Origin: a virus
Length of the DNA: 64,000 nt
Strand: one strand, 5' to 3'
Virus record (IMG/VR): IMGVR_UViG_3300037153_000606
Numbering within the stretch: position 1 is the first letter of the stretch; each line of letters begins with the position of its first letter. Made by a program: the position numbers and the translations under genes. Below are positions 1-10,297 of the stretch, in pieces. The notes beneath the pieces are model-generated. The model searched no databases. It worked only from the letters and a program-made list of their open reading frames with translations, and was not told the DNA's origin.

Positions 1-58
1 CCGATCCGCAAGGTCGAGGCGATCCGGATGCAGGTCCTCAAGTACCGCGACGAAGCCT

Positions 59-130
59 GAGTTGTCATTACCCGAGTTGTTCTGCTACGATCAGAGCTAA
101 CGAACCACCACTTACGAGGAGCCACTCATG
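59..130 (+). promoter_or_regulatory. Putative early promoter/leader: GAGTTGTC box (reverse complement of GACAACTC), -10 TACGAT (86-91), leader GAGGAGCCACTCATG
   Basis: The same box, TAnnnT hexamer and GAGGAGCCAC leader recur at 52311, 53244 and 54560. Confidence 0.55.
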
Positions 131-544
131 AACGACCTGCACATCGTCATCGCCGCCGTCGGCGGTCGGCACAACAAGGCGCTGCTCGGCCACGCCGCCG
201 TCAGCGCGCCGCTCAGCTTCGCTGCGGCGCAGGACAAGTACGCCAAGCTGGCGGCCTTCCGTTCGCCCTACAGCCACGTGCTGCACTACGCGGTGCGCAG
301 CATCGACGACCCGCGTTGGGCCGGACTGGTCAGCGAGGGGTTCACCAACAAGCGCAACGCCACCAAGGCGTGGGCCAAGGAGCACGGCTACGTCGGCAAG
401 CCCGGCGGGTGGATCTACCGCCCGAACGGCGAGTCGGTCTGCCAGGGCTGGGACAGCCTGGCCGACACGCTTGTCCGGCAGCTCAAGCTCGCCAAGGGCA
501 GTGACGAGCGCTGGTATGTGCTGGACCGGGAACTGGTGGCCTGA
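128..544 (+). CDS. Hypothetical phage protein
   Basis: 138-aa ORF with strong RBS GAGGAG and GC3-biased codons. Confidence 0.8.
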   Translation: MNDLHIVIAAVGGRHNKALLGHAAVSAPLSFAAAQDKYAKLAAFRSPYSHVLHYAVRSIDDPRWAGLVSEGFTNKRNATKAWAKEHGYVGKPGGWIYRPNGESVCQGWDSLADTLVRQLKLAKGSDERWYVLDRELVA

Positions 545-1035
545 TGAGCACCGTTGACACCCAGGAGCTGGTGCTCCCTGTCACCGCCCAGGACCTGCGC
601 GCGCTGCGGCACGCCGATTCGGTGGTGTTCCGGCACCATCAGGGCCAGTCCACCATCGAGGCCAACAAAGACGGTAGCCACACCAAGGACGGTTTCGACG
701 TCAAGCACACGGTCTACGTGGCCGGGGAGGTGCGCGACCACGACCGGGCCAGGATGTACGGGCGGGAGCAGCACGCCGCGTTCTACATGGTGTCTGGCGC
801 GCAGTACAGCGACACGCTGCTCACCCTGTTGCGCAAGATTCGGCCCGGCGACCAGCTCACGCTGCGCTGGACGGCGGCCAACGACAACCAGAACGACGAG
901 GCAGTTGGTTGGCACCGCGACGAGCTGCGCCTGATCGTGCAACGCGACCAGCAGAAGCGGGCCGACGTGTACCTGGTCGCTGCCCAGCACGGGCCGGACA
1001 ACACGGCCCGGATGGTCCGGCGGGTGTGGTCATGA
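544..1035 (+). CDS. Hypothetical phage protein
   Basis: 163-aa ORF coupled to the upstream gene by a TGATG overlap. Confidence 0.8.
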   Translation: MSTVDTQELVLPVTAQDLRALRHADSVVFRHHQGQSTIEANKDGSHTKDGFDVKHTVYVAGEVRDHDRARMYGREQHAAFYMVSGAQYSDTLLTLLRKIRPGDQLTLRWTAANDNQNDEAVGWHRDELRLIVQRDQQKRADVYLVAAQHGPDNTARMVRRVWS

Positions 1036-1217
1036 TGGCCAAACCCCGGCCCAAGCATTGGTTGATCCGCGAAATGCTCGATCACATGGACCAGCCCTAC
1101 CTGGCGCAGTGTGATTGCCTGCTTGATGTCGACCATAACCAGGACGGGGCCCCGATGCTGCCCCGTCCCTACGGGGTAATCGGCTCGACACGAATCCCTA
1201 CGAGAGGAACAGCATGA
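1032..1217 (+). CDS. Small hypothetical protein
   Basis: ATGA overlap with the previous stop; start moved from the 909 ORF call. Confidence 0.55.
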   Translation: MMAKPRPKHWLIREMLDHMDQPYLAQCDCLLDVDHNQDGAPMLPRPYGVIGSTRIPTRGTA

Positions 1218-1375
1218 CCTTCGAAGATCGCCTGATCGAACTGGACGAGGCCTGCCACGCACTGCTCGACGAGATCGAGCGTCGGCTGGTCGAGCTGGAC
1301 CGTGACATCACCGAGGCTGCTCAGTCGCCGCAGGCCGTACAGACCCGCAACGACGCCGCGTTGGCTGCACTGTAG
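1214..1375 (+). CDS. Small coiled-coil protein (MTFEDRLIELDEACH...)
   Basis: RBS GAGAGGA, ATGA overlap, 53 aa. Confidence 0.6.
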   Translation: MTFEDRLIELDEACHALLDEIERRLVELDRDITEAAQSPQAVQTRNDAALAAL

Positions 1376-1377
1376 TG

Positions 1378-1533
1378 ATGGCCGCGTTGATCCTCGCTCT
1401 TGCGGTGCTGGTCACCACACTGTGGCTGACCGCCATCGTGCAGCGGCACGCCCGCTGGAAGCGCGAGGAACCGGCCGACGACGCGTGGATCGCCGAGTTG
1501 CAGAAGGCCAAGGAAGCCAGGCGGCGGCGTTAG
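1378..1533 (+). CDS. Small membrane-anchored protein
   Basis: Hydrophobic N-terminus MAALILALAVLVTTLWL; 51 aa. Confidence 0.5.
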   Translation: MAALILALAVLVTTLWLTAIVQRHARWKREEPADDAWIAELQKAKEARRRR

Positions 1534-1685
1534 TACCAGTAACGCCTGCCGCCGACCGTGCGGTTCGCTCCTCCGGCGGCGAGCAGGCACAACCCGATGG
1601 CGGCCACGATCAACCCGATGATCCACAGGATCTGGATGCCGAGCACGAATCCCACGATCAGCAGGATGACGCCGAGGATCAACAT
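1530..1685 (-). CDS. Small two-TM membrane protein (DUF6131-like)
   Basis: MLILGVILLIVGF...VGGRRYWY resembles a small actinobacterial membrane family. Confidence 0.65.
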   Translation of the reverse strand: MLILGVILLIVGFVLGIQILWIIGLIVAAIGLCLLAAGGANRTVGGRRYWY

Positions 1686-1731
1686 GTCCTGAGGATTCCC
1701 AGACTGGGGCGTTTGCAACCGCCCCGCACAG

Positions 1732-1780
1732 AACGAGGCCCGACCCCGAGGTGGCTCCCGGGGCCGGGCCTCGTTTCTTT
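1732..1780. terminator. Stem-loop, probable intrinsic terminator
   Basis: AACGAGGCCCG...CGGGCCTCGTT inverted repeat followed by TCTTT. Confidence 0.55.
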
Positions 1781-2580
1781 CAGAGCTGATCGGTCGGGTT
1801 CACCACTGGCTGGTCGGGTGACGGGGTGGGCTGTACCGGGGCGTCGGCCTGTTCCCCTGCATCCGGAGTGGTCACCGACGGAGTATTCGGGTCGGCCGGT
1901 GTGTCTGTTGAGGCGTTCGGATCTGCCGGTGCGGTGTTGCCGCCGTCTGCAGCGCCAGCGTCCGGGTCGGGCTGGACCACATTGCCGGTCGCTGGGTCGA
2001 TACCTCCGCCGGTCGCCGGGTCACCTCCTGCGGCCGGGTCAGCGCCCTGTGAGTCGTCACCGGTATCTGGTGCGGCTGCGTCAGCGGCACCCGAGTCGGT
2101 CGTCTCACCGTCACCTGCGTCGGGTGTCTCGGGAGCCGTGGAGGCTCCGCCCGCGTCCTCGGTGGCCTGGTCCTGGTCCGCACTCGCATGGGCGGAGAGC
2201 TGGTCGACGGCCGACTGGAGCGCGGACAGGTCGATGTCGCCGCCCTGCTGGGCCGAGTCGATCTGGGCCTGCAGCGTCTGCACCGCCTGTTGGATGGTCT
2301 GGTCGGCGGCCTGCACCTGCTGGGTGAGGGCGTCAACATCGGCTTGGGTGGCGCGGGCTTGGGTCATGAGCTGGTCGACCTTCCTGTCGAGATGGTGGAG
2401 AAGGAGGTGAGTGCCCGATTCAATCTTTAGGAGCCGAGTCATGGCCCGCACCAGTAGCCCGAGCAGCACATCGTTCGAGGGGACGCCGTAGAGCTGGTCG
2501 TCGGCGATGTCGGTGAAGTCATCCGGGGCATCGGGAGTGCTCACGTCTGGCGATCCTGGCACGATCTCGGCCCATGACAC
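1780..2580 (-). CDS. Hypothetical protein with coiled coil and acidic low-complexity tail (start uncertain)
   Basis: Q-rich heptads followed by a D/A/P/T-rich tail. Confidence 0.6.
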   Translation of the reverse strand: MSWAEIVPGSPDVSTPDAPDDFTDIADDQLYGVPSNDVLLGLLVRAMTRLLKIESGTHLLLHHLDRKVDQLMTQARATQADVDALTQQVQAADQTIQQAVQTLQAQIDSAQQGGDIDLSALQSAVDQLSAHASADQDQATEDAGGASTAPETPDAGDGETTDSGAADAAAPDTGDDSQGADPAAGGDPATGGGIDPATGNVVQPDPDAGAADGGNTAPADPNASTDTPADPNTPSVTTPDAGEQADAPVQPTPSPDQPVVNPTDQL

Positions 2581-2819
2581 AGCCCTCGCGCGCAGGCCGT
2601 CTTGGAGACTCCCAGCAGATGCCGGTGCCCAACGGTTCCCCAGACATCCAGAGCATGGTGATCGCGGACATCGAGAAGCGGCGCGAGCTGGGGATCAGCA
2701 GGTACGGGACCGCGCTGCAGGCACACAACGGGAGGGATGCACTGCTCGATCTCTACGAGGAGCTGATGGACGCGTTGGTCTACCTCAAGCAACTGCTGGT
2801 GGAACGCGAGACGAACTGA
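2574..2819 (+). CDS. Small all-alpha NTP-pyrophosphatase/MazG-like phage protein
   Basis: GxxRYG...D...YEELMDALVYL acidic helix pattern. Confidence 0.5.
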   Translation: MTQPSRAGRLGDSQQMPVPNGSPDIQSMVIADIEKRRELGISRYGTALQAHNGRDALLDLYEELMDALVYLKQLLVERETN

Positions 2820-2821
2820 CC

Positions 2822-2855
2822 CCTGTCCCTATCTGAGTCCCACGCGCGGAAGTAG
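2822..2855 (+). promoter_or_regulatory. Putative late promoter CCTGTCC-N20-GAAGTAG
   Basis: Bipartite motif seen upstream of nine structural or lysis gene blocks. Confidence 0.6.
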
Positions 2856-2889
2856 TGCACGCGTCCAGCGCACAGTGGGGATCTCAGTC

Positions 2890-4731
2890 ATGGGCAACGA
2901 CGTCGACCGGATGCTGGCCGAGTACGAGAACGCCTCGGACCGGGAGCCGATGCATGGCAAGACCGGCGAGATCCGGCGCAATCCGAGCACCGATCAGAAG
3001 AAGGCTCGACGCCGTCAGGAGGAGACCCGGTTGCTGCGCACCGCCGCGACCGCGTCCACCCTGGACGAGCAGCGCCAGGCCATGGTCGAGCTGGAGACGC
3101 TCCGCACCGAGGCAATGCGCGAGGACGACGAGGAGCGCGCACTCGACATCACCGCCGCCCGGATCGACGACACGTTGATCCCCGGGCACGTGCACGAGCT
3201 GCACACCGCCGCCACCGACTGGCTGCTGGAGATCCCCGAGCACACCGCATCACGCCAGGATGCCGAGCACGCCCTGATCGCCGAGGCGGTGCTGTGGTAC
3301 GGCCGGGTGGATTCCGTCATCAAGGCCGATGGCGAGGAGTTCGCCGAGCAGGCCCGCAACAAGGCCCGGCACGTGGCCAGCCAGTACGGCGAGCACGCCG
3401 AGTCCGCCGCCCAGGCGTTCCTGACCGAGGCGTCCCGGCTGTTGGAGCAGGAGGTCCGCACCGGCACGTTGAGTCACACCGCCGCGCTGATGGACGTGCA
3501 CGACCTGGGGGATCCCGAAGGCGGCATGGTGTCCCATGACGTGCCCGAGACGCCCGCCGAGACGGCCGAGCCGCAGGCCAGGCCGGTGCACGCCCCGGAG
3601 CTGGAATCGCCCAAGGTGGACCGCCCAGCGTGGGCGCACCACCTGCAGGGCGACACCTCCGGGCTGGAGGAGATGAGCCACAACTTCGCCCAGCACGTGC
3701 TGGGCAAGGCCTCTGCGCTCTCCCGCGAGCCGGAGCGCTTCCCCGAGCACGTGGGCGTCGGTGGGCCGCCCATCTCCGCCCAGGACGCTTCGGCGTCCCC
3801 GGGTGTCTACCCGCCTGAGCCGGATACCAGCTCCAACCGCGCCCCGGCACTGCAGGAGATGCAGAACTACGAAGGCTTCGAAGGCACCTCCGTGGTGCCC
3901 GACCCGTCCGGCCAGTCCGAGCAGATGAATGGCGACCAGCGCGCCAGCGAGGACTACGCCCGTCCCCAGGCCGGATTCCCGGTCAGCGGCAGCCACACCC
4001 AGAAGGAGTCATCCGTGACTGATCACGCCCAGTGCCCGACCTGCGGTGGTCTGGGCAGAGTCGCCGTGCGCAAGCAGGCCTATTCCGGCCTGCCCCAGGT
4101 CGACCAGATCGTGAACGCCGACGAGTCGCCGGGCGCGACCCCGTTGCCCACCGACGTGGCATGGCCGATCGTCTGGGACCCGAACGAGATCAACCGGGCC
4201 ATCCAGGAGACCGAGGGCCAGATCGCCCGCCGTCCGGAGGGGTTGCCCGGCCCGCCCGGGGCACCCGGGCACAAGGGTGCGTCCCGCCACGAGGCGCAGG
4301 GTCGAGACAACTCCGGCTGGATCGGCGACATGGGCGCGAAGGGGCCGGACTATCCGGGCTACTCCTACCCGGCCGGTTACGACGGCTCGAACAACCTGGG
4401 CCAGCCGGACCCGGTGTACGGCTACGGCGGGGACGAGCCGCAAGGCCCGAAGCTGCCCTACGGCAACGCCGAGGCGGACGATTTCACCAACAACCCGGGC
4501 GAGCCCTACAACCCGAGCGTGCCGCACAACAACGACCAGGGCTTCCAGGAGGTTGCGCCGGGCTTCGCCACCGCGCCGCCCGGTGGGTCCACCAGTGCCC
4601 CCGGTTCGGTCGGTTCGTCCCGGCAGTCCGCATTGGCCGACCCGTTCATCGCCGCCGCGCAGGAGGAGATCGCCCGTCAGCAGCAGTTGATCCAGACCCG
4701 TTCTTCGATGCTGGCCAGGCAAGGTTCGTGA
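2890..4731 (+). CDS. Head-region (putative virion) protein
   Basis: About 613 aa, follows the late motif, CxxC motif and P/G/Y-rich segments; start could be 2875. Confidence 0.65.
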   Translation: MGNDVDRMLAEYENASDREPMHGKTGEIRRNPSTDQKKARRRQEETRLLRTAATASTLDEQRQAMVELETLRTEAMREDDEERALDITAARIDDTLIPGHVHELHTAATDWLLEIPEHTASRQDAEHALIAEAVLWYGRVDSVIKADGEEFAEQARNKARHVASQYGEHAESAAQAFLTEASRLLEQEVRTGTLSHTAALMDVHDLGDPEGGMVSHDVPETPAETAEPQARPVHAPELESPKVDRPAWAHHLQGDTSGLEEMSHNFAQHVLGKASALSREPERFPEHVGVGGPPISAQDASASPGVYPPEPDTSSNRAPALQEMQNYEGFEGTSVVPDPSGQSEQMNGDQRASEDYARPQAGFPVSGSHTQKESSVTDHAQCPTCGGLGRVAVRKQAYSGLPQVDQIVNADESPGATPLPTDVAWPIVWDPNEINRAIQETEGQIARRPEGLPGPPGAPGHKGASRHEAQGRDNSGWIGDMGAKGPDYPGYSYPAGYDGSNNLGQPDPVYGYGGDEPQGPKLPYGNAEADDFTNNPGEPYNPSVPHNNDQGFQEVAPGFATAPPGGSTSAPGSVGSSRQSALADPFIAAAQEEIARQQQLIQTRSSMLARQGS

Positions 4732-5036
4732 ACTTCACGGCCGCGCTCGCCAAGCTGCAGCGTGAGGCGGGTTACGACGACGCGTTGGGCATCGGCCCGC
4801 AACAGCCGACGCCCATCTCGCCGCACACCCTGAACCGGCCGGTCAAGCACCAGCCGCCGGTGCAGACGGACGGCTTGGACCCGGCGGCCGAAAGCGGCCC
4901 GAGCCCGTTCAACTCCGGGCAGGGGCCGTACGGGCGGCCGGTGGTCACCGACCCATTGGTCGACCAGCCGATCCGCCCTGGCGCACCGGTGCCGTATCTG
5001 CCCGGTCCTGATCTTGACACCACGACGCTGAACTGA
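4728..5036 (+). CDS. Proline-rich hypothetical protein
   Basis: GTGA overlap start (MNFTAALAKLQREAG). Confidence 0.6.
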   Translation: MNFTAALAKLQREAGYDDALGIGPQQPTPISPHTLNRPVKHQPPVQTDGLDPAAESGPSPFNSGQGPYGRPVVTDPLVDQPIRPGAPVPYLPGPDLDTTTLN

Positions 5037-5050
5037 TGTAGGAGCGGGCC

Positions 5051-8000
5051 ATGCCCAACGAGATCGCGGCGACTGCCTTGTGGACGGATGCGGTGAGCGA
5101 CCACGACGCCGATGCGCACCGGCGCACCGTGGTGGCCGCCAAGGTCGCCCTGTCCGGCACCTGGCCGTTCTTGGCTGCGGCCAGTTCCGAGGAGGAGTTC
5201 GAGCACCGCCTCGCACTCGTCACCGCCCAGGTGGAGGAACACACCCCGGCCGAGGCGCTCGATGACGTGGTGGCCTCGTTGCGCCAGGACTTCGCCACCC
5301 TCGCCTCGGCCCGTGCCGCCGAAGCTGCCGCCGCCGCCGAGGTGACCGCCGAGGAGGGCATCGGCCTCGCCGAGCGGTACGCGCACGTGCGGCACCGTGG
5401 CGGGGACGAGGACGGGTACTTCCAGGTGGACCTGATCGGCCCGCAGACGGTGCAGACGCTGGCCCGGGCCGCCTCCCGGGACGAGGCGTTCACTGCCGCG
5501 CGGGCGCACCGGGTGCCGATCTACGAGAACGGCCGCCATGCCGAGCTGCCGCCGGTGGAGAGCGGTCAAGAGTTCTTCCACGCCGCATCCGGGCGGTGGG
5601 TCAACGCCCGCGAGTTCGCCGAGCGCGCGCAGCACCTGGGCGCGGCCGAGGACGACGACGACGAGGGGGAGGCGGGCCTGTCCCACCAGCAGCGGGTGGC
5701 CCAGGAGTACGCCCAGTTCCACCGGTCCCCGGACTGGGAGCTGAAGAACATCCACAAGGCCCTGAACATGCTGCCGTTCCTCAACGGCCCGCAGGAGAAC
5801 GCCCGGCTGGACGCGATCAAGCAGATCCGTTCCGAACGCCGCCGCCGCCAGGGTGTGTTCACCCCGGACCCCACCGACGCGATGCGCTACAACCGGTACC
5901 CGACGATCCCCTCGCCGGACTTCGGCGGTTCGCCTGCAGGGCCGGGTGACCACCCCACCGGGCCGGACGGCTTCCCGCCCGATGTGGCCCAGGGCGAACA
6001 ACGCTCCGAAGAGGCCTACGCCCGGCAGACCACGCCCGGTCCTTGGGTGGTGCCCCCGGACGCCGCGTGGCGCGACTCGATGCTGCCCAATGCAGCCACC
6101 GGCCTGCCGCAGGGCCAGTACCCGGCACCGGGCAACCCGGCGGTGAATGCATCTCGGTACATGGCCAGCGGCACCTCCGACGACTTCCACGGCGGCCGGG
6201 AGCGGGACGCCAAGTGCAGTGATTGCGGGGAGAACTACTCCTCCTCGCTGAGCAAATGCCCGAACTGCGGCAAGAAGACCTCCTCCCGGCACACCGCGCA
6301 GGAAGGGGTCGCGCCGTCCACGCACGCGCCCAACCCGAACTATTTCTGGCAGGGAGCCCAGATCGCCGGGCCGCCGACGTTCCCGCCTGACCCCGGCCCG
6401 GAACCCAAGACCAACAACAACGTCGACGACCTCTACGGCGCGGTGCCCCCGGAACAGTCCTCCGGCTCCCAGATGGGCCAGGTCGACGGTGCGGGATACT
6501 CCCGGCAGGGCACGCTGTCCCGTGAGGCGGTCCGCGAGGCCGCTTGGTGGTGGGGCATCACCCGCACCGGCGGCATGTACTACCACGGCCGCGAGTTCGA
6601 CCAGGCTGCGCGCGACAAGGCGGCCAAGTCCGGGCACGCCCTCTCCGACGGGTCGTTCCCGATCTACAACGCCAAGGACGTGCAGAACGCGAAGAACCGG
6701 ATCGGCACCTCCGACCACGACCGGGCCACGATCGTCAAGCACATCAACCACTGGGCCAAGGAGTACGGCGAGCCGCCGGTCGGCGAGGAGAAGGACGCTT
6801 CCCGGCACACCGCCGCCTCCCTGGAGGGGTTCCTGCACGGCCTGCAGTCCGGGCAGGAGGCCACCGTCGGCGAGCACTCGGTGCGTTACGACGCGCAACA
6901 GGCCCTGGACGACTACGGCCGACCGGCACGCGGGTTCACCGTCGGCACCTACTCGGTGACCGCCCCGGGCGGGGGCATCAAGTACTTCTCGCACTCGCCG
7001 TACAAGCCCGACTCCTGGGCGGGTCAGGCCAAGCGCGCCGCCGCCGAGGACGCCGCCCGGCACATCTGGGACACCCAACGGCAACGCCAGTCCTCGGTCC
7101 GGCACACCGCACCGGGCGGCGGGGAGCACGCGCCGTACCGGATCAAGAAGGTGGACGGCGGGTACGCGGTCTTCAACGACAAGGGCGAACGCAAGAACGA
7201 CGAGGCGAAGTCCTACCCCGAGGCCCGCCGCTTCCAGAAGGCGCTGTACCGCAACGTGCCCGGCGCGCGGCAGTCTGCCGAGGAGGACGAGGCGCACAAG
7301 GCCGCGTCCCGGGGCCGCCTCCCTTTCGCCCAGGCTGACCGGAGCACCGAACAACTGCGCGAGGAGGAGTACCGGGAGGGCCGTGAACACGCCGAACGCG
7401 GCCTGCCGCCGGAGACGTCCATCCCCGGCATCGACGACGTCTACGACGCTGGGTACGCCGACCGCCGTCACGACCTGGGCCGGATGGCCGCCCACCAGGC
7501 CACCTGTCCGGAGTGCGAGGGGACCGGCAAGGACTGGAACGACTACGACCCGTGCCCGCGTTGCCAGGGTTCGGGGCAGGCCTCTGCCAATACGCTGAGC
7601 CCTCCGGAGCTGGACAAGGACCACCGGCCGGTCAGCGTGGCCGGATGGCGGTGTGACGTCTGCGGGCACGAGGTCAACGGCCAGACCGACGAGGAGGGCA
7701 TCCCGACCCAGCGCGGAGACAGCGTGCGGCACACCGGATCCCGCCGGATGGCCAACACCTCCGGGCAGATCGTGGGGCATTGCGATCACTGTCACGCCCC
7801 GGTGCGCTGGCACGACGGCGACGATTCGGACGCCGGTCACCTGGAGCATCTGCACAACGCGTCCAACCGGTGCAGCGACGGGTCCCGCAACGTGGCCAAG
7901 ACCTCCGGGTTGACCCACCTCCCGCAGTTCTTCGACCCGTTCTGCGTCCCTCCGTCCCGGACCGCCTCCGGCCCGTTGGCCATGCAACCGGCGGCCCCTT

Positions 8001-8434
8001 CCGCCCCGGTCGCGCCCATTGCACCCGGACCCCCGGGCACGGCCACTCCGGCCGTGCCGAGCCCGGGTGGGCCGGGAGGTGCCGGAGGTACCGCCGTACC
8101 GGGCGGAGATTCCAACGTGCCGCAGGCATCCAGTGCAGACCTATCGCGCATTTCATCCGATTTGAAGGCATATGCCCTGCAGACGTTGACTGCACCCACC
8201 CCGGAGAACCCCACCGGGCGGGACCCCGACGAGTACCGGTCCAACACCTGGGAGGGGCTGGTCCGGCAACGGCCCATGCAGTCCGCCGAGGAGCGCAACG
8301 TGAACACCCCGACGCTGGCCCCGGAACCGATCCGGACCAGGAACGTGAACACGCCGACACCGGGCCTCGGGGACTGGGACGGGTCCACCCGCGACGAGGA
8401 CGACCTGGAAGGCGAAGAGGAGCGCGAGGACTGA
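5051..8434 (+). CDS. Large multidomain head-region protein (Zn ribbons, DnaJ-type CxxCxGxG, DGSFPI module)
   Basis: 1127 aa, RBS AGGAG, modules separated by SRHTA-like motifs. Confidence 0.75.
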   Translation: MPNEIAATALWTDAVSDHDADAHRRTVVAAKVALSGTWPFLAAASSEEEFEHRLALVTAQVEEHTPAEALDDVVASLRQDFATLASARAAEAAAAAEVTAEEGIGLAERYAHVRHRGGDEDGYFQVDLIGPQTVQTLARAASRDEAFTAARAHRVPIYENGRHAELPPVESGQEFFHAASGRWVNAREFAERAQHLGAAEDDDDEGEAGLSHQQRVAQEYAQFHRSPDWELKNIHKALNMLPFLNGPQENARLDAIKQIRSERRRRQGVFTPDPTDAMRYNRYPTIPSPDFGGSPAGPGDHPTGPDGFPPDVAQGEQRSEEAYARQTTPGPWVVPPDAAWRDSMLPNAATGLPQGQYPAPGNPAVNASRYMASGTSDDFHGGRERDAKCSDCGENYSSSLSKCPNCGKKTSSRHTAQEGVAPSTHAPNPNYFWQGAQIAGPPTFPPDPGPEPKTNNNVDDLYGAVPPEQSSGSQMGQVDGAGYSRQGTLSREAVREAAWWWGITRTGGMYYHGREFDQAARDKAAKSGHALSDGSFPIYNAKDVQNAKNRIGTSDHDRATIVKHINHWAKEYGEPPVGEEKDASRHTAASLEGFLHGLQSGQEATVGEHSVRYDAQQALDDYGRPARGFTVGTYSVTAPGGGIKYFSHSPYKPDSWAGQAKRAAAEDAARHIWDTQRQRQSSVRHTAPGGGEHAPYRIKKVDGGYAVFNDKGERKNDEAKSYPEARRFQKALYRNVPGARQSAEEDEAHKAASRGRLPFAQADRSTEQLREEEYREGREHAERGLPPETSIPGIDDVYDAGYADRRHDLGRMAAHQATCPECEGTGKDWNDYDPCPRCQGSGQASANTLSPPELDKDHRPVSVAGWRCDVCGHEVNGQTDEEGIPTQRGDSVRHTGSRRMANTSGQIVGHCDHCHAPVRWHDGDDSDAGHLEHLHNASNRCSDGSRNVAKTSGLTHLPQFFDPFCVPPSRTASGPLAMQPAAPSAPVAPIAPGPPGTATPAVPSPGGPGGAGGTAVPGGDSNVPQASSADLSRISSDLKAYALQTLTAPTPENPTGRDPDEYRSNTWEGLVRQRPMQSAEERNVNTPTLAPEPIRTRNVNTPTPGLGDWDGSTRDEDDLEGEEERED

Positions 8435-8438
8435 GGCC

Positions 8439-9389
8439 ATGAGCATCGCCATCTTCTGTGCCGACTGCCACGCCACCGGCGAGGTCGAGCGGGTCACCCC
8501 TGGCCTGATGTGCCGGTGCGGGTCGGCCAACCTGGGCCTGGACGGGGTGGACCCGAAGCCCTCCATCCACACCGCCGCACCCACCGGTCCCGGCACCGGG
8601 TGGGGACGGCCGCGACCGGACCCCACCGCCGGGTGGGACCAGTACCAGGGCCCGCCGCCCACCCCGAACCCGTACGGGCCACGGGACGGCAACCATCCCG
8701 AGGACAGCTGCCCGGAGTGCCTGGGGTCCGGCTACGACCTGATCGACAAGTGCCCGTGCCGGGCCTGTTTCGGCACCGGTCGGCGCAACCCGACCACGTC
8801 CGCACCGGCCGACGCCACGCACCCGCTCACCTGGGATTCGCACCAGGGCCCACCGGCGGGCGGGGCACGCTGGCAGGGCACCGCCACACGGCAGATCACC
8901 TACCCGGCGGGCAGCCCCACCCCTGAGTCCACTCAAACCGGACATGGCCCGGGAACGCGCGTGAGCAGGGCACAGAGCCACGCGACCCCCCATCCCAGTG
9001 TCTCTGCCCAACCAACCCCTGTTCGTGCGCCTGGCGACACCTCCGCACCCCGCACGGCGGCCCATTTCCCGTTGGTCACCGCGTCGTGTCCCAAGTGCGG
9101 GCAACGCAACGCGACCCAGCTCACCGCCGACCTGGCCAACCACGCGTGGTGGGACTGCCGCCGGTGCGGCGGGCTCGCCGACCTGGACCGGCACCCGGAG
9201 ATCGACCCGTTCGACCCGCCGCCCGCACTGCCGTCCGAACGACGCCGCAAGGCCTCCAGGCTGCGCCGTGCGCCCAAGCCGGACGGCCGCCTGTTCCCGA
9301 TGTTGGACGCGATCACGGCGGCCAACGACATCTCGCCGCGCGAGGCCCTTACCCTGGCCCGCCGGGCGCTGACGGCGCACCCGGAGTAG
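8439..9389 (+). CDS. Zinc-finger protein with DnaJ-like CxxCxGxG
   Basis: CPECLGSG, CRACFGTG, CPKC and CRRC motifs. Confidence 0.7.
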   Translation: MSIAIFCADCHATGEVERVTPGLMCRCGSANLGLDGVDPKPSIHTAAPTGPGTGWGRPRPDPTAGWDQYQGPPPTPNPYGPRDGNHPEDSCPECLGSGYDLIDKCPCRACFGTGRRNPTTSAPADATHPLTWDSHQGPPAGGARWQGTATRQITYPAGSPTPESTQTGHGPGTRVSRAQSHATPHPSVSAQPTPVRAPGDTSAPRTAAHFPLVTASCPKCGQRNATQLTADLANHAWWDCRRCGGLADLDRHPEIDPFDPPPALPSERRRKASRLRRAPKPDGRLFPMLDAITAANDISPREALTLARRALTAHPE

Positions 9390-9601
9390 ACGACCATGGG
9401 GCTTGCCAAACTTGACGGACCATCGGTACCCTCAACGGGTACCGATCGCCCAGAGCGCAAAAAGCTCCGGCGGTCGGTTTTTTGGTACCTCTCCCCCCGG
9501 TCGGCACCGGAACACTCCGGAAGCGTTATCGGCCCCGCATTTCCTGCCTCAGGGGCATTTGCGATCATGTCGTGTTACTCGCCGGTAGAAGGATCATCGT
9601 C

Positions 9602-10072
9602 GTGAGTGGGACGACGAGCTTCTACGAAGGCGACACGGTCGCCTACGTCGGGGACGCTTTGGATGGGATTGCCCCGGCTTCGGGCACGCTTCTGGCGTTC
9701 GCGTCCTCCTCCGCCGCGCACGTGAAGTGGACCTCCGGCCCGCATCTCGGCCAGATCGAGATCGTTGATCTCTACGACCTGATGCCGACCGCCTCGGTGG
9801 CGGCCCTGGAGTCGCCGCAGATCACTGCGCACTCGGTGCGCCGGGTGATGAACGCCGAGGGCGAGACCGGGGTGTTGAACTTCCTGTCCAGCGCCCGCCA
9901 ACTCGACACGTGGCCCACCATCGCCGCCGACGCGTTGGACTACGTCACCGGCCGCCTCAAGGCCGACACGTCCATGGAACTGGTCTGGGAACAACTGCGC
10001 CCGGACGAGGTCGAGAAGGTGGCCGCACTGGCCGCCGTGGTGTTGTTGCGCGACTCGTTGCCGGAGGAGTGA
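9602..10072 (+). CDS. Hypothetical protein
   Basis: GTG start after GAAGGA; coding-type GC3 bias. Confidence 0.65.
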   Translation: MSGTTSFYEGDTVAYVGDALDGIAPASGTLLAFASSSAAHVKWTSGPHLGQIEIVDLYDLMPTASVAALESPQITAHSVRRVMNAEGETGVLNFLSSARQLDTWPTIAADALDYVTGRLKADTSMELVWEQLRPDEVEKVAALAAVVLLRDSLPEE

Positions 10073-10287
10073 TGGACACCCTCGTGCACTACCTGCGCAC
10101 CATGGATGCGGCACACCCGGAACCGATCGCGAACCCGTTGATCACTATCCAGAAAAGCCAGACGACCTGCCCCGAGTGTGTGACCGTCCGACGACGGCGC
10201 AGACGGACGACGGTCTGTTTGCACAAGCACGAGCATCTGCCCGCCGGGCAGTACATCTGCCGGTGCGGTGGCCGGTTCGAGGTCTGA
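10072..10287 (+). CDS. Small Cys/His-rich protein
   Basis: TGATG coupling and RBS GGAGGAG. Confidence 0.55.
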   Translation: MDTLVHYLRTMDAAHPEPIANPLITIQKSQTTCPECVTVRRRRRRTTVCLHKHEHLPAGQYICRCGGRFEV

Positions 10288-10297
10288 GGAGGCCGTC

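Noticed and set aside
2574-2819. Self-target of the EELGDVLWYAA unit in the phage's own MazG-like gene
   Set aside because: Only 5 of 11 dinucleotides match (EELMDALVYLK).
4772-7987. Long antisense ORFs (also 15738-18341, 32083-33732, 42366-44720, 60724-62352)
   Set aside because: These are shadow frames of GC3-rich plus-strand genes, with no recognisable motifs.
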